Origin: Mobula hypostoma
Taxonomy: Eukaryota
DNA: 64,000 nt
Assembly (NCBI RefSeq): GCF_963921235.1
Contig: NC_086101.1
Coordinates: 6,078,001 to 6,142,000, forward strand
Reading direction: 5' to 3'
Below are positions 1 to 11,885 of the stretch, piece after piece. The position numbers were made by a program, and so were the translations under genes. The notes below the pieces were generated by a model that was not told the DNA's origin, did not search any database, and was given only the letters and a program-made list of their open reading frames with translations. Position 1 is the first letter of the stretch, and each line of letters begins with the position of its first letter.

Positions 1-650
1 CTTGAGCCAGTTCCTCTCTCACACCACTGTAATTTCCTTTGTTCCACTGAAATATCAATGCACCCAATACCAGCTTCTCCTTTTCAAATTTGAAACTGAA
101 CTCAATCATATTATGATCACTACTTCCAAGGGGTTCCTTTACCTCCAGCTCCCTAATCGCCTCAGGTTCATTACACAGCACCCAATCCAAAACAGCTGGA
201 ACCCTGGTGGGCTTCTGGACAAGCTGCTCCAAAAAGCCATCCTGTAGGCATTCTACAAACTCCCTCTCCTGAGATCCATTACCTTCCTGACTTTCCCAAT
301 CCACTTTCATATTAAAATCCCCCATAATTATCTTGACATTTTCCTTCTGGCATGCTTTTCCTATTTCCAGCTGTAACTTGTAGTCCACATCCCGGCTGCT
401 GTTTGGAGGCCTGTATATAACTACTATTAGTGTTTTTTTACTCTTGCCATTTCTTAACTCGACCCATAAGGATTCTACCTCTTCTGGTCCATCTGGTCCA
501 GGTGATTTATCTACCTTCAGACTTTTCATATTCCTGTGCACTTCCTCCTTCATAACAGTAACAACATTTATTTCTGACCACTGACACTTTCGCATTACTG
601 GCACACTGCTAGTAGCTTCCACAGTGAAGATTGACATAAAATATTTATTA
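1..650 (-). mobile_element. CR1 LINE fragment (ORF2 endonuclease region), degenerate
   Basis: Minus-strand translation resembles CR1 APE segment (EPLGSSDHNMIEF..., WNKGNY); broken frames. Confidence 0.75.
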
Positions 651-654
651 AGAC

Positions 655-3000
655 AAGATAAGATATAGGTACAGAATTAAGCCATTTGGCCCATCGAGTC
701 TGCTCCGCCATTTCATTACATCTGATCCAATTTTCCTCTCTGTCACAATCTCCTGCCTTTTCCCACATCCCTTCATGCCCTGACCAATTAAGAACCTATC
801 AACCTCTGCCTTAAATATACATAAAGACTTGGCCTCACAGCTGCCTGACAAGAATTCCACAGATTCACCACTCACTGGCTAAGGAAATTCCTCCTCATCT
901 CCATTTGAAAAGGATGCTGCTCTGTTCTGAAGCTGTGTCCTCTGGTCTTATACTCTCCCACCATAGGAAACTTCTTCTCCATATCCACTCTATCAAGGCC
1001 TTTCACCATTCAATAGGTTTCAGTGAGGTCACCCCTATTCTTCTGAATTCTAGTGAATACAGCCCCAGAGCCATCAAGCACTCTTCATATGACAAACCAT
1101 TTAATTCTGGAGTCATTTGTGTGAAGCTCCTTTGAACCCTCTCCAGTTTCAGCACATACTTTTTAAGATAAGGGGCCTAAAACTGCTCACAATATTCTGT
1201 GAGCAGAATAAAGCTCACCAGTACTTTGTAAAGTATCAACACCACATAGTTGCTTTAATATTCTAGTCCTCTTGAAATGAATGCTAACATTGTATTTGCT
1301 CTCCTCACCACAGACTCAACCTGCAAATTAACCTTAAGGGAATCCTACAAAAGGACTCGCAAGTATCTTTCTACCTCAGTTTTTGTATGTTCTCTCCATT
1401 TAGAAAATCATCAACCCTTTCATTTCTTCTACCAAAGTGCATGATCATACACCTACTGACACTGCATTTCTTTATCCATGCTCCCAATTTTCTGTAGTCT
1501 CTCTCAAAACTACCTGCCCCTTCACCTATCTTCATATCATCTACAAAGCCATCAATTCCATCATCCAAATCATTGAGACATAATATAAAAAGAATCGGTC
1601 CCAACACAGACCCCTGACGAACACCAGTAGTCACTGGCAGCCAAACAGAAAAAAAGCTCCATTCATTCCAACTCTATGCCTCTTGCCAATCAGCCACTGC
1701 TTTATCCATGCTAGAATTTTTCCTGTAATACCATGGGGTTGTAGCTTGTTAAGCAGCCTCATGCGTGGCACCTTGTCAAAGGCCTTCTGGAAATCCAAGT
1801 ACACAACATCAACCAGTTCTCCTTTCTCTATCCTGCTTGTTATTTCTTCAAAGAATTCCAGCAGATTTGTCAGGCAAGTTTTTCCCGTGATGAGACCATG
1901 CTGACTACGGCCAAATTTATCATGTGGCTCCAAGGACACTGAGACCTCATCATTAATAATTGACTCCAACATCTTCCCAACCACTGACCAAGTGGCCTAT
2001 AGTTTCCTTTCTTTTGCATCTCTCCCTTCTTGAAGAGTGGAGTAACATTTGGAATTCTCTTGGAACTCTCTTCCGGAACCATACCATAATCTAGAGTTTC
2101 TTGAAAGATCATTACTAATGCCTCTACAATCTCTTCAGTCAACTCTACCAGAACCCTGGGGTGTACACCATCTGGTCCAGGTGACTTCACCTAAGACCTT
2201 TCAGTTTCCCAAGAACCTTCTCTCTCTGAAAATGGTAACTTCACAAACCTCATGACCCCTGATACCTGGAACTTCCACCAGACTGCAGTGTTTTTTCACA
2301 GTGAAGGCTAATGCAAAATATTTATTTAGTTCATCCGCCATTTCTTTGTCCTCCATTACTACCTCTCCAGCATCGTTTTCCAGTGATCCAATATGCACAC
2401 TCGCGTCACTTCTGGTATGCTCTTTTAATATTATTTTCTAGCGTATTTTCACATTCCATCTTTACTTCTTAATGACTTTTTTAGTTGCCTTCTTTTGGCT
2501 TCTAAAAGCTTCCCAGTCCTCTAACTTTCCACTATTTTTATATGCCCTCTCTTTGGCTTTTATGTTGGCTTTGACTTCTCTTGTTAGCCATAGTTATGTC
2601 ATCTTGCCTTTAGAATTCATCTTCCTCTCTGTGCCTTCCAGATTACTTTCAGACATTCTAGCCTTTGCTGCACTGCCATCATCCCTGCCAGTGTCCTTTT
2701 CCAATCAATTCTGGCCAACTCCTCTCTCATGCTTCTTTAATTTCCTTTACTCCATTGTAATACTGATATAGCTACTCTTAAAAAGCCACCTTATAGGCAT
2801 TCTAGAAATCCCCCCTCTTGGAATCCAGCACCAACCTGATTATTGAAATCCCCCATCAGTATTGTAACATTTCCCTTTTGACATCCACTTTCTATCTCCT
2901 GTTGTAATTTGTAGACCACATCCCTACTATTGTTTGATGGTCTGTACAGTATGCAACTTCTGTCTGGGTCTTTTTACCCTTACAATTCCTTAGCTGATTA
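655..3000 (-). mobile_element. CR1 LINE, 5'-truncated, degenerate (3'UTR, RT, part of APE)
   Basis: ORFs 1371-2398 carry QGSVLGP, YLDFQKAFDKV and SPGPDG motifs; CR1-type 3' end near 655. Confidence 0.85.
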
Positions 3001-3012
3001 ATTACCTCTGCC

Positions 3013-4104
3013 ATGTCATTGTCTCCCATTACTACCTCTCCAGCATCATTTTCGAGAGATCTGATATCCACTTGCCTCTCTTTTACTCTTTATATGTTTG
3101 AAAAAAATGTTTATTATTGGCCAGCTTCCCATCATGTCTCATCTCTTTATCCTCCTTATGGTTTTTCAGTTGCTTTCTGTTGGTTATCAAAAGCTTTGCA
3201 ATCCTCCAACTTCCTCCTATTTTTTTCTGTATCGTATGCTCTCTATTTTGATTTCATGCTGTCTTTAACTTACCTTGTCGGCTACAGTTACCTCATTCTC
3301 CCTTTAGAATACTTCATGTTTGGGATATATCTATCCCGTGCCTTCTGAATTGCCCAGAGAAACTCCAGCCTTTGCTGTTCTGCTATCATCCATGCTCATG
3401 TTGCCTTCCAGTCTACTTTGGTCAGCTCTTCTCTCATACCTCTGTAATTCCCTTTACTCCACTGTAATACTGACACACATGACTTTATCTTTTCCCTCTC
3501 AGACTGCGGGGTGAATTCTTAAATTTTATGATCACAGCTTCCTAAGGGTTCCTTTACCTGAAGTTCCACATCAAATCTGGTTCATTTCATAACACCCAGT
3601 CCAGAATTGCTCTTCCCCTCTTAGGCTCAACCTCAAACTGCTCTGAAAAGCCAACTCATAGGCATTCTGCAAATTCATACTCTTGAGATGCAGCACCAAC
3701 CTGATTTTCCCAAACTACCATATTGTAATTCCCCCATTCTTGTTGTCACATTGCCCTTTTTACATGAATTTTCTATCCCCTGTTGTAATTTGTATCCCAT
3801 ATCCTGGCTACAATTTGGAGACCTGTATGTAACTCCCATCAGGGTCTTTCTACCCTTGCAACTCTGCCCACAATAATTCTACATCTTTCAATCCTACGTC
3901 ACCTCTCTTTCAGAATTTGATTTCATTTTTTACCAACAGAGCTTCCTCAGCCCCTCTGCCACCGTGCCTGCCCTTACAACACAAGGTATATCCTAGAATG
4001 GTCAGCTTCAAACCACAATTGTCTTTCAGCCACAACTCAATCATGCCCATAATGTTGAACCTGCCAATCTCTACCTGTGCTACAACATCATCCACTTTAT
4101 TCCT
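3013..4104 (-). mobile_element. Second CR1 fragment (APE region)
   Basis: Repeats the segment seen from 2341 (cattactacctctccagcatc); ORF 3910-4095 resembles the APE N-terminus. Confidence 0.75.
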
Positions 4105-4945
4105 ATGAAATTGCTTTCAAAAGGGTGGAGCTTAGGAGGACTATGGCACCTAATGGTGACTCCTTTTCTTGCATCTTCGGAAACAGCTCTATTTCTATCT
4201 TTAATACCTCTATTTTTCCCTTTCAGGGTTCTTTTGAAGACCCTGACTTGGAGTTATACACCAACTTCGGTTCTTTGCAGGAATAGGACCCGCTTTCGGG
4301 ATCTCACGACTCGCTTCTATTTGATATACAGAGGACACAGCCTAGAAGACAAGTGCGCTCTGGGATTTTGTGGCTCTGAAGGTGGGCGGACTCGAGGTTG
4401 GTGCCTCCGCTGGAAACTGGTGTATTGTGGGAGTTTGCCAGAAGATTGAAAGCAGCAAGCTGGCTGCTGGCTGTGTGCCGAGAGACTCGAGTTCTTCGGG
4501 CACAGAGCTCGGAAAAAGCAATGCAACAGACTTTTAATCAGTGAGCTGTTTGTTATGTCTCCACTCTTGCTGTGAAACAGGGATGCCTCTTTTCCCCTTA
4601 TTAGGGAGAGAAAGAGAGAGCCTGTGGTATGTTGAGTTACAGGTGAACGAGTCATTTTGGGGTACTGCAAGTCTGAGTCTTTACTGATGCTTTGCTGCAT
4701 GCTTGAGTGCTCGGTGTGGCGCCAATGCTTCTTTTGCTGGTGGGGCAGGGGGTATCATTGCTCTGCTGCTGCTGATGTGTGGGTCGGGGGAGCTGGGAGG
4801 CTTCGGGGTTCTAACATTTAATTGTCATTCATTCTTTGGGGCACTCCTCTGTTTTTTGTGGATGGTTGTGAAGAAAAAGAATTTCAGGATGTATATTATA
4901 TACATTTCTCTGACAGTAAATGTACCTTTTAAACCTCTGAAAATA
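4105..4945 (+). repeat. Non-coding SINE-like repeat with Rex1/Babar-like 3' tail
   Basis: Ends in gaatttcaggatgtat...aaatgtaccttttaaacc, similar to tails at about 11880 and 39187; no coding homology recognised. Confidence 0.45.
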
Positions 4946-4980
4946 TAACACTTTTAGTCCTGTACTCATCAGCCTATTTG

Positions 4981-5350
4981 ACATTGTCCACATGAACTTC
5001 AGCAACACCTTTGACATTGATGGCGGACCACACAGAGTACTGTGTGCATTTCTGGTTCCCTGCTTTTGGGAAGGATATCTTTACACTACACAGGAAGATG
5101 TTACCAGGACTTGAAGATCTGGGTTAAAAGGAGAGACTGAATAAGCTGGGGCTATTTCCCTGGCATGTAGGGATGACCTCGTATCAACGTATGTGAAATC
5201 CCAAGGTGCATAGATAAGCTGAGAAAGTCTTTTTCCCAAAACGTGGGAGTACAAAATCAGAGGGCAAAGATTTAAGGTGAGTTAGGACATTTTTATAAGA
5301 GGTCTATGCGGTAACTTTCTCACAGAGAACGATGTCAGTATATGGAATTT
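4981..5350 (+). mobile_element. Old internally deleted CR1 fragment (paralogous to 33231-33560)
   Basis: Jumps from a VHMNFS..FD-like motif directly to an RPH.EYC-like motif; same junction at about 33270. Confidence 0.7.
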
Positions 5351-5399
5351 GCTGTCAGCAGCAGCTGCAGAAACAGCTATAATTAAAATATATAAAAGT

Positions 5400-5995
5400 A
5401 ACTTTTATTCCACGTCCCATTCCCATTCTGATATGTCTATCCACAGCCTCCTCTACTGTCAAGATGAAGCCACACTCAGGTTGGAGGAACAACACCTTAT
5501 ATTCCGTCTGGGTAGCCTCCAACCTTGTGGCATGAACATTGACTTCTCAAACTTCTGCTAATGCCTCACTTCCCCCTTGTACCCCATCAATTATTTATTT
5601 ATATACACACATTTTTTTTCTCTCTCTCCTTTTTCTCCCTCTGTCCCTCTGACAATACCCTTTGCCCATCCTCTGGTTCCCCCTCCCCCACCCTTTCTTT
5701 TTCCCTAGGCCTCCTGTCCCATGATCCTCTCATATCCCCTTTGCCAATCACCTGTCCAGCTCTTGGCTCCATCCCTCCCCCTCCTGTCTTCTCCTATCAT
5801 TTTGGATCTCCCCCTCCCCCTCCCACTTTCAAATCTCTTACTCACTCTTCCTTCAGTTAGTCCTGATGATGGGTCTCGGCCTGAAATGGCGACTGTACCT
5901 CTTCCTAGAGATGCTGCCTGGCCCACTGCGTTCACCTGCAACTTTGATGTGTGTTGCTTGAAATTCCAGCATCTGCAGATTTCCTCGTGTTTGCA
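5400..5995 (+). mobile_element. Penelope-like element 3' fragment (ORF C-terminus, pyrimidine tract, degenerate hammerhead)
   Basis: SHSHSDMSIH..LLYCQDEATLRLEEQHLIFRLGSLQP..MNIDFSNF; ctgatga-stemII-gaaa at 5863-5886 with mutated cleavage triplet. Confidence 0.8.
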
Positions 5996-7022
5996 TTTTA
6001 AAAAGTAACTTTAGATATGTACATCAATAGGAAGTGGTTAGAGGGATATGGGACAAACACATACAAATAGGACATGGTGAAAAAGAGAGATAGATAAAGT
6101 GGGCTGTGGTTTGAACATCTGCCAAAAGCCTTCTCAGACCACCCCCCTGAGAAATGTCATTCTGGAGTCTCTCTGTGAACTGTTGATGTGATGTCACATC
6201 AGAGGGCAATTCAGTGCCATAGAACAGACAGACTGGATAATGATGGCAGATTTAATTCCTAAATGGGAATTTGTGCCTATGTCTTTGATCGTGTGCCCCA
6301 CACTGATGGTACATCCGGGTATGTGTTACTGTGGTTCTCTGTGTGTTTTGACTGTGGTAAATATCAGTGATGTGTGTACACATTGAAGGTGAGTGTGAAG
6401 TATTTGTATGCTACTGTGTCTTCACATATCTGGCGTGTGTTGACAATGTATCACATATGTGTGAATTGCTCAAATAAATAAATTCCTGTGTCTGAACAGA
6501 ATGGCTTCCAGGTTACTGAGGGAAATAACAATGTACGTTGCTGAGGCACTGGCTCCAATCTGCCAGTCCTTGTGGATGTGGCGGCAGGCCTGAGTCAATC
6601 AGACTCTGCAGTCATGGGGAGGTCAGACAGCGTGAGCGACGCACAATTTGTGGATTTGTGTATTTTTCTGACAAATCCACTCACCACATTGTTGCCCACT
6701 TTTATTCCCTACAATATCATGAGGTCAGTATTAATTCCCCAGGTACTGTAGTATGATCCACCCTCATGTCTTGGTGTGTTAATGCAGTCTGCAAGGGATC
6801 AGGACGTGGTGGTTCATCAACAGTCCCGTGTGTTGGTTGTATTGTGCCCCTGTGCTGGTGTGTTCAAGGGTCTCACATCTCCAGCTGACCACATGATAGT
6901 GGTGCCTTCCAGTAAGTCAGTTTGATACGGAATACAGCCCATTATTACTGCCAACCTTTGCTTCAGATTATAACTTAATTGTGTCTCAGAAACGAGGGCA
7001 AATGAATCTTTGTAAGTTTTAC

Positions 7023-7141
7023 CTTGATTAATGGCATCAAGTGTTTCTCTCAGCACTGAGTTCAACAAATATGGGTGATCGGTATTTTCAAATGATAGGG
7101 CCCCATCCATCATTGACAATTTCTGAACATCGTCACTAATC
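7023..7141 (-). CDS. TRIM-A exon 5 (119 bp linker)
   Basis: CAG|GATTAGT ... CAAG|GTAAAA; ISDDVQKLS...LDAINQ, phase 1 end. Confidence 0.88.
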
Positions 7142-10100
7142 CTGTAAGTATTAAACTGCTGGTTATAAATTGCAATTGAACTATTTTACAAATGCATGAA
7201 GAGTTTCAGTAAATTGCATGTCCTACCTCCTCTTCTGATGAACTTCCTCCTGAAATAAATAAAACAAAAATCTGAATAGGCTTGGATTTATTGTCCTCAT
7301 CTTGAATTCCATCCAAGTCATTACAGTGTGATGAGAATTCCCTCTCCTGCAGTCTCTTGCTTACACTGACAATACAGAACCACAGGGTAAATTACAAGGA
7401 ACATTTCTGAAAATTAAACCAGAACTGAAAGACGTAACTGACAGAAAAGGCTGGACAGGTTGTGCATTTTTATCTGGATATGAAGCCAGGATGATAAGAT
7501 GGAAGAATTTAAGATTTGTGTTGGACTTGATTGGTATGGGGAGACCTTGTCAAAGATAAAATAGCAGATGTTTTTAAAAAAAAAATAAATCCCATAAGAA
7601 ATCCCGTGAAGTGAAAGTGGAACTCACTGCCACAGGAGTGGTTGAAGTGGATTAGCAGAGATTGAATGTAACGGAAAAGTTGGATAAACACATGACGGAA
7701 CATGAAGTTTGGGGGGGGGGGAAACGCTGTTGCTGGATGTGGTGAGTACGTGGAAAGAGGCTTGTGAAGCAGGGAAACTGATAGGATGAGATGGACCGAA
7801 TGCCTTATTACTGATGGAGAGTGGGATATAATCCCATGTGAAACTTGTCCAATAAAGTAAAGAGACAGTGAATGTTTCCTAAAATGACTAATCTGACAGA
7901 AGCCGGATATCGATGATAGATCTGATGTGTGGGTCGCTTTCTGAATTCACTCTTTGACAGAGAGACCCTCACACCCACTGCACCAGACACACTCACAGCA
8001 TGTGACTGGAACTGGGTGTTGATGTCATTTTTTTTTGAGGATATTTAATGTGGTAATTAAGGAAACAATCAACAATTCTGTGTTATGATCAGAGTAAACC
8101 ATTTCAGAGAAGTTTGCATTCTGTCCTGTGTGGAGTCAGTTTTGGGACAACATTGAGGATTAGCTGCACCATTAATCAGTTTACCACCATTTGTAAATGC
8201 TGTGTGTAGGAGCAACGCACCGGTTTTCTACCTGCATTGTGGATTTATTATGGTACTAGTCACGTGAGTGGAAAAATCCTGCGTTGTAAAAGTGAACGGA
8301 ATGGGTTACATATTCATGCTTGTTTCTGGGCAGTTTAGAGCTGGGGGCAGACAGATGACATATCTTTAGTTGGCCACTTCATTGCAGCTTAATTTATGTT
8401 TAAATTTCATCGCTTCAAGATTGTATGTTGCTAATAAAGGATGAAAAACATATCTCCAACATTTTGTAACATCATTATTGGAGTGATTGGAGGGCGTGTC
8501 AATATAAGTATAACAATCTGTGATCGGCCACCAGCAGTGGCAACTGACTTGTCAGAATTGACCACTGCGCTGTGTGTGTATTTCAAGTATACCATTGTTC
8601 ATTTAGTGCCCTTTGACAGAAACAAATTGAAATATAATACATCACCTTCAGAAATATCACACTGTCTTGTTGATCCATCTGTTCCTCTAATTTTGAAATT
8701 TCTTTTTGGATAGAATTTAAATTCTCTTGAATCTCTCGAAGATTGTTCTCCATTGGATTCAGAATCCTCCCCTCTTCTTCCCTGACATCTCTGAGTAAGC
8801 GCTGCTGTTTAACAGTGAGAATCTGGCACAGTTCAGCAAACTGGGATATGATGTGGGACTGAAGGTTGCGTGACTGTTCCTGACAAATGAAAGCTGAAGG
8901 TTAATTTATTGTACTGTTGTGTTGTATTTCCTTATCTCATTAAGGTGACTATTCAGTCCATCAAAGTCTATGCCAGTCCTAAGGGTATTCCCGTCAATCC
9001 CATTCCCTCAAGTTTTCCTGAAATTTATTCTCCCTCATTGGCTCTTTAACTCCCACCTGATTCACAAACACCCTCCCCCACCTTCACGGGTTTAATTGCT
9101 ATCGACCATTCATCCAGCATGTCCTTGGAATGTGTCAGAACCTGTTGTGGTGACAATGAAAACATGCTAACTCCACACAGACAGCTCCAGAGGTCAGGAT
9201 TATATCTGGGTGACTGGAGCTGTGATACTCTGCTCTTCTGCATACAGTAATATCAGAAATTCTGCCCAGGAATCCTCACCCGAACTCCGGAAATCTTCTC
9301 TTTCTGTTGCTGCTCCATTTCCTGGAAGTCTGATTTCCTTTTTGTGAGAGAGTCTAAGGAAGATTTAACCTGATCCTGGAAGTCAGAGAGAGAATGAAAT
9401 AGAGAAAAAAAATGCAACAAACAAAACAGGTGAAATAAAACGATTATCGCAGGTGACAGGTGAGAAAACGTGAGTGGGAAGATGGGGGAGGGTGATGAAG
9501 TAAGAAGCTGAGAGGGGCAGGTTGAAGAGGTACAGAGCTGAAGAAGAAGGGATCTAATACGAGAGGACAATCCACCTTGGAATTAGGGCTAAATGGGGCC
9601 CTGAATGGTGGCGAGGGAGGAGGTGTGCGGGTGGGGGGGGGCGCGGTCTTGTCCCGTTTGCAGGTGTAAGTGTCAGGAGGAAGATCACTGGGGATGATCG
9701 AGTGGATAAGGGAGTTACCTAGCGAGCGATTCCCACGGGGAGTGTGTGAGGGGGTGGGCTGTGGGGGGGGGGGGGTGATATGCTTCGAAGTAGAATCCCG
9801 TTGGAGATGGCGAGGTTATGGAGGCTCGTCTGGTGGTAAGTAGGACAGGGAGGACAGAATGAGTATCAAATTGGGGCGAGGTTTACCTTGTAAATTTTAA
9901 CAGCTTCTTTAATCGGCAGAAAGAGGTGCTCTCTGTGTTCCAGCGCATCTCTACAGATCACACAGATAAGTTTCTCGTCCGTTTTACAAAACAGCTTCAG
10001 TTCTTCCTCGTGTTCTTCGCAGTGAAGTTTACTTTCCTTCCCTTTGGGATTCGGGTTTAGTTTACGAGCTTTCTCAGACAGATTTGCTAAGGCCCGATTT

Positions 10101-10297
10101 ACTTTGAGGGTGCGGTCCGCAAACACCACTCTACAATCCGGGCAGGAGTTTCTGTCCTCCCTTTCCCAACACCGTGTGATACAGGAGCGGCAGAAGTTGT
10201 GTCCACACTCCAGTATAACAGGATCGGTGAAGAAGTCCAGGCAGATGGAACAAATCACCTCCTCGCTCCAATTCTCGACCTGTTCTTTCGAAGCCAT
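7023..10297 (-). CDS. TRIM-A: tripartite-motif E3 ligase (TRIM39/A33/NF7-like), exons 1-5; terminal PRY/SPRY exon not in window
   Basis: Exons 10297-9887, 9375-9280, 8879-8646, 7249-7227, 7141-7023 (411/96/234/23/119 bp), all GT-AG, frame continuous; RING C3HC4 + B-box2 + coiled coil. Confidence 0.92.
7227..7249 (-). CDS. TRIM-A exon 4 (23-bp micro-exon)
   Basis: TTTCAG|GAGGAAGTTCATCAGAAGAGGAG|GTAGGA; matches paralogous 55609-55631. Confidence 0.85.
8646..8879 (-). CDS. TRIM-A exon 3 (234 bp, coiled coil)
   Basis: CAG|GAACAG ... AAG|GTGATG; EQSRNLQSHIISQFAEL...QDSVIFLK, open. Confidence 0.92.
9085..9240 (-). mobile_element. Old V-SINE remnant in TRIM-A intron 2
   Basis: aacatgctaactccacacagacagc...ggtcaggat; homologous copy at the same position in TRIM-B intron 2 (about 59735-59815). 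Confidence 0.6.
9280..9375 (-). CDS. TRIM-A exon 2 (96 bp, coiled coil)
   Basis: CAG|GATCAG ... CGG|GTGAGG; DQVKSSLDSLTKRKSDFQEMEQQQKEKISGVR. Confidence 0.92.
9887..10297 (-). CDS. TRIM-A exon 1 (RING + B-box2)
   Basis: MASKEQV...CSICLDFFTDPVILECGHNFCRSC...CPDC; CEEHEEELKLFC...CVIC...HREH; donor AAG|GTAAAC. Confidence 0.95.
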
Positions 10298-10445
10298 GTT
10301 AATTCCCGGCACTTCCTGATCTTTCTGGGAGCCGCCGAACGCCTGCAGTACCGCGATTGTCCACTACAGGCGCTGCCGGCTCAGGGAATGTGCGTTACGT
10401 TGCTGCAAGCGTTCATTGGGGCGGATTCGCTGCCACTTCCACATA
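10298..10445 (-). promoter_or_regulatory. Putative TRIM-A promoter/5'UTR (CpG-rich)
   Basis: CCAAT (10415-10419, minus), GC box GGGGCGG (10418-10424), ETS-type GGAAGT (10435-10440 and about 10311-10316) immediately upstream of the ATG. Confidence 0.5.
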
Positions 10446-10489
10446 AGGGTGGGGTCAGAAACACATTAAGCAGGTCGAAGCCTAAATGA

Positions 10490-10760
10490 ACACTCCGCTA
10501 TCGACGGTCCCAAGCCCGGATGCGAAAGGAGGAGGGTTGGGCATGGGGCTAGCAACCCCATTCTGTAAAACGCCAGTGCGACGGAAAAGTCAACTGAATC
10601 TCTGAAGGCCTCATCCCTAGGATGGGAAGGAACTTCGCCTGGAAGAGAATTGAAGCCGTGTGGGGAAAGGAGAAGCCACGGGGCCGGTCAACAATCGGCG
10701 CAGGAGAGAGGACTTTGGCAGCTGCTGTTGGTGGCCAATGCCCCAGTCTTAAGAAGAAGC
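10490..10760 (+). mobile_element. RTE-derived short non-autonomous element
   Basis: ggttgggcatggggctagcaaccccatt..gtaaaa resembles RTE 5' regions; ends in taagaagaag. Confidence 0.4.
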
Positions 10761-10871
10761 AGGACATAAATGAAACGGGAGAGAAGAGCCTGGTTCAGTT
10801 TAAGGCAGGATTGAAAAGGACAAGTTCTGAAAAGAAAGATAAGAGACTGCAGATGGTGGAAAAGAAACAAG

Positions 10872-11027
10872 ATACTGGTGGAACTGAGCAGTTTCAAGGC
10901 ATCTGTGGAGAGAAATGTACAATTGTCTCTCCGAATTGAGTTCCTTCAACTGGACTGGCTCAAACTGAAATGTCGATTATCCATTTCCCTCCGCAGATGC
11001 TGCCTGACCCGTTGAGTTCATGCAGTA
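10872..11027. repeat. Old imperfect palindromic Penelope-derived element
   Basis: gcatctgtggagagaaatg ... catttccctccgcagatgc inverted arms, related to 14972-15159 and 62322-62511. Confidence 0.55.
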
Positions 11028-11139
11028 GCTCGGTTTTATTTTTCTCGATGCCTGGTTTGAATGATGATGCCAAAGATGTGTGACAGCTTACTGGAAAATC
11101 ATAATGCAAGAGAATCGACTAATAACATCTTACATGTAG

Positions 11140-11885
11140 CAAATTGTGGTGAACTATCGCCTAGGCAGTGAGGAGTCAGGCGGAGGTGAGGCTGGTTCAG
11201 CGATGAGCCGTGCTTGGGTATTACGAGGCACAACGTTTTCGAGCTGGGGTCGCAGTCGGAGTTCGTATCGCTACCGGAGATGGAGTGAGTGATTTGGAGA
11301 GGAGTCGATGTGCACGAGTTTTGATGCCTGTCCACCTAACCTCGGTGAGAAGTTGGATCACTCCAAGCGCCAAGCAATTTGGTGAGATCAAAAAAGGCTT
11401 TGGGCGCGTCGGCCCAGATGTATCATGGCACCTGGATCCATGTCCTGGAACATGCCGCTACACAATCTAAATGCCGGCTCAGATAGACCGGAAACCGAGT
11501 TCCGGGTATGGAGGCGACAATTGTGCTAATTTTGCTCTCTTTCTTGTGAATGCTTATTCTTTTCGCCGTGATGACGAGGCTGTGAATTGATCCGGTTGCT
11601 GTGCGGTTTTGCCTGGCTGGTGTGAAACTTGGGGACCGACGTTGGCTGCAGGCCTGCTACGGCTGCTCTGGGAGCAGATCTGGGATGCAGTCTGGTTCGG
11701 AATACTGTTGGCTTGCTTCTCTGTTTGCAAGGTACGTTTTTTTTCCCTTTCTTTGTTTTTATTTTTTAATTGGGTTATTTGAATTTTCTGCTTTGTGGCT
11801 GCCTGTAAGCAGACGAATTTCAAGGTGTATGATATATACCTTCTTTGATAATAAATGTGCTTTAAATCTTTTTTGAATTTGAAGA
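11140..11885 (+). repeat. Non-coding CpG-rich SINE-like repeat with Rex1/Babar-like 3' tail
   Basis: Ends gaatttcaaggtgtat...ttgataataaatgtgctttaaatctttttgaa. Confidence 0.45.
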
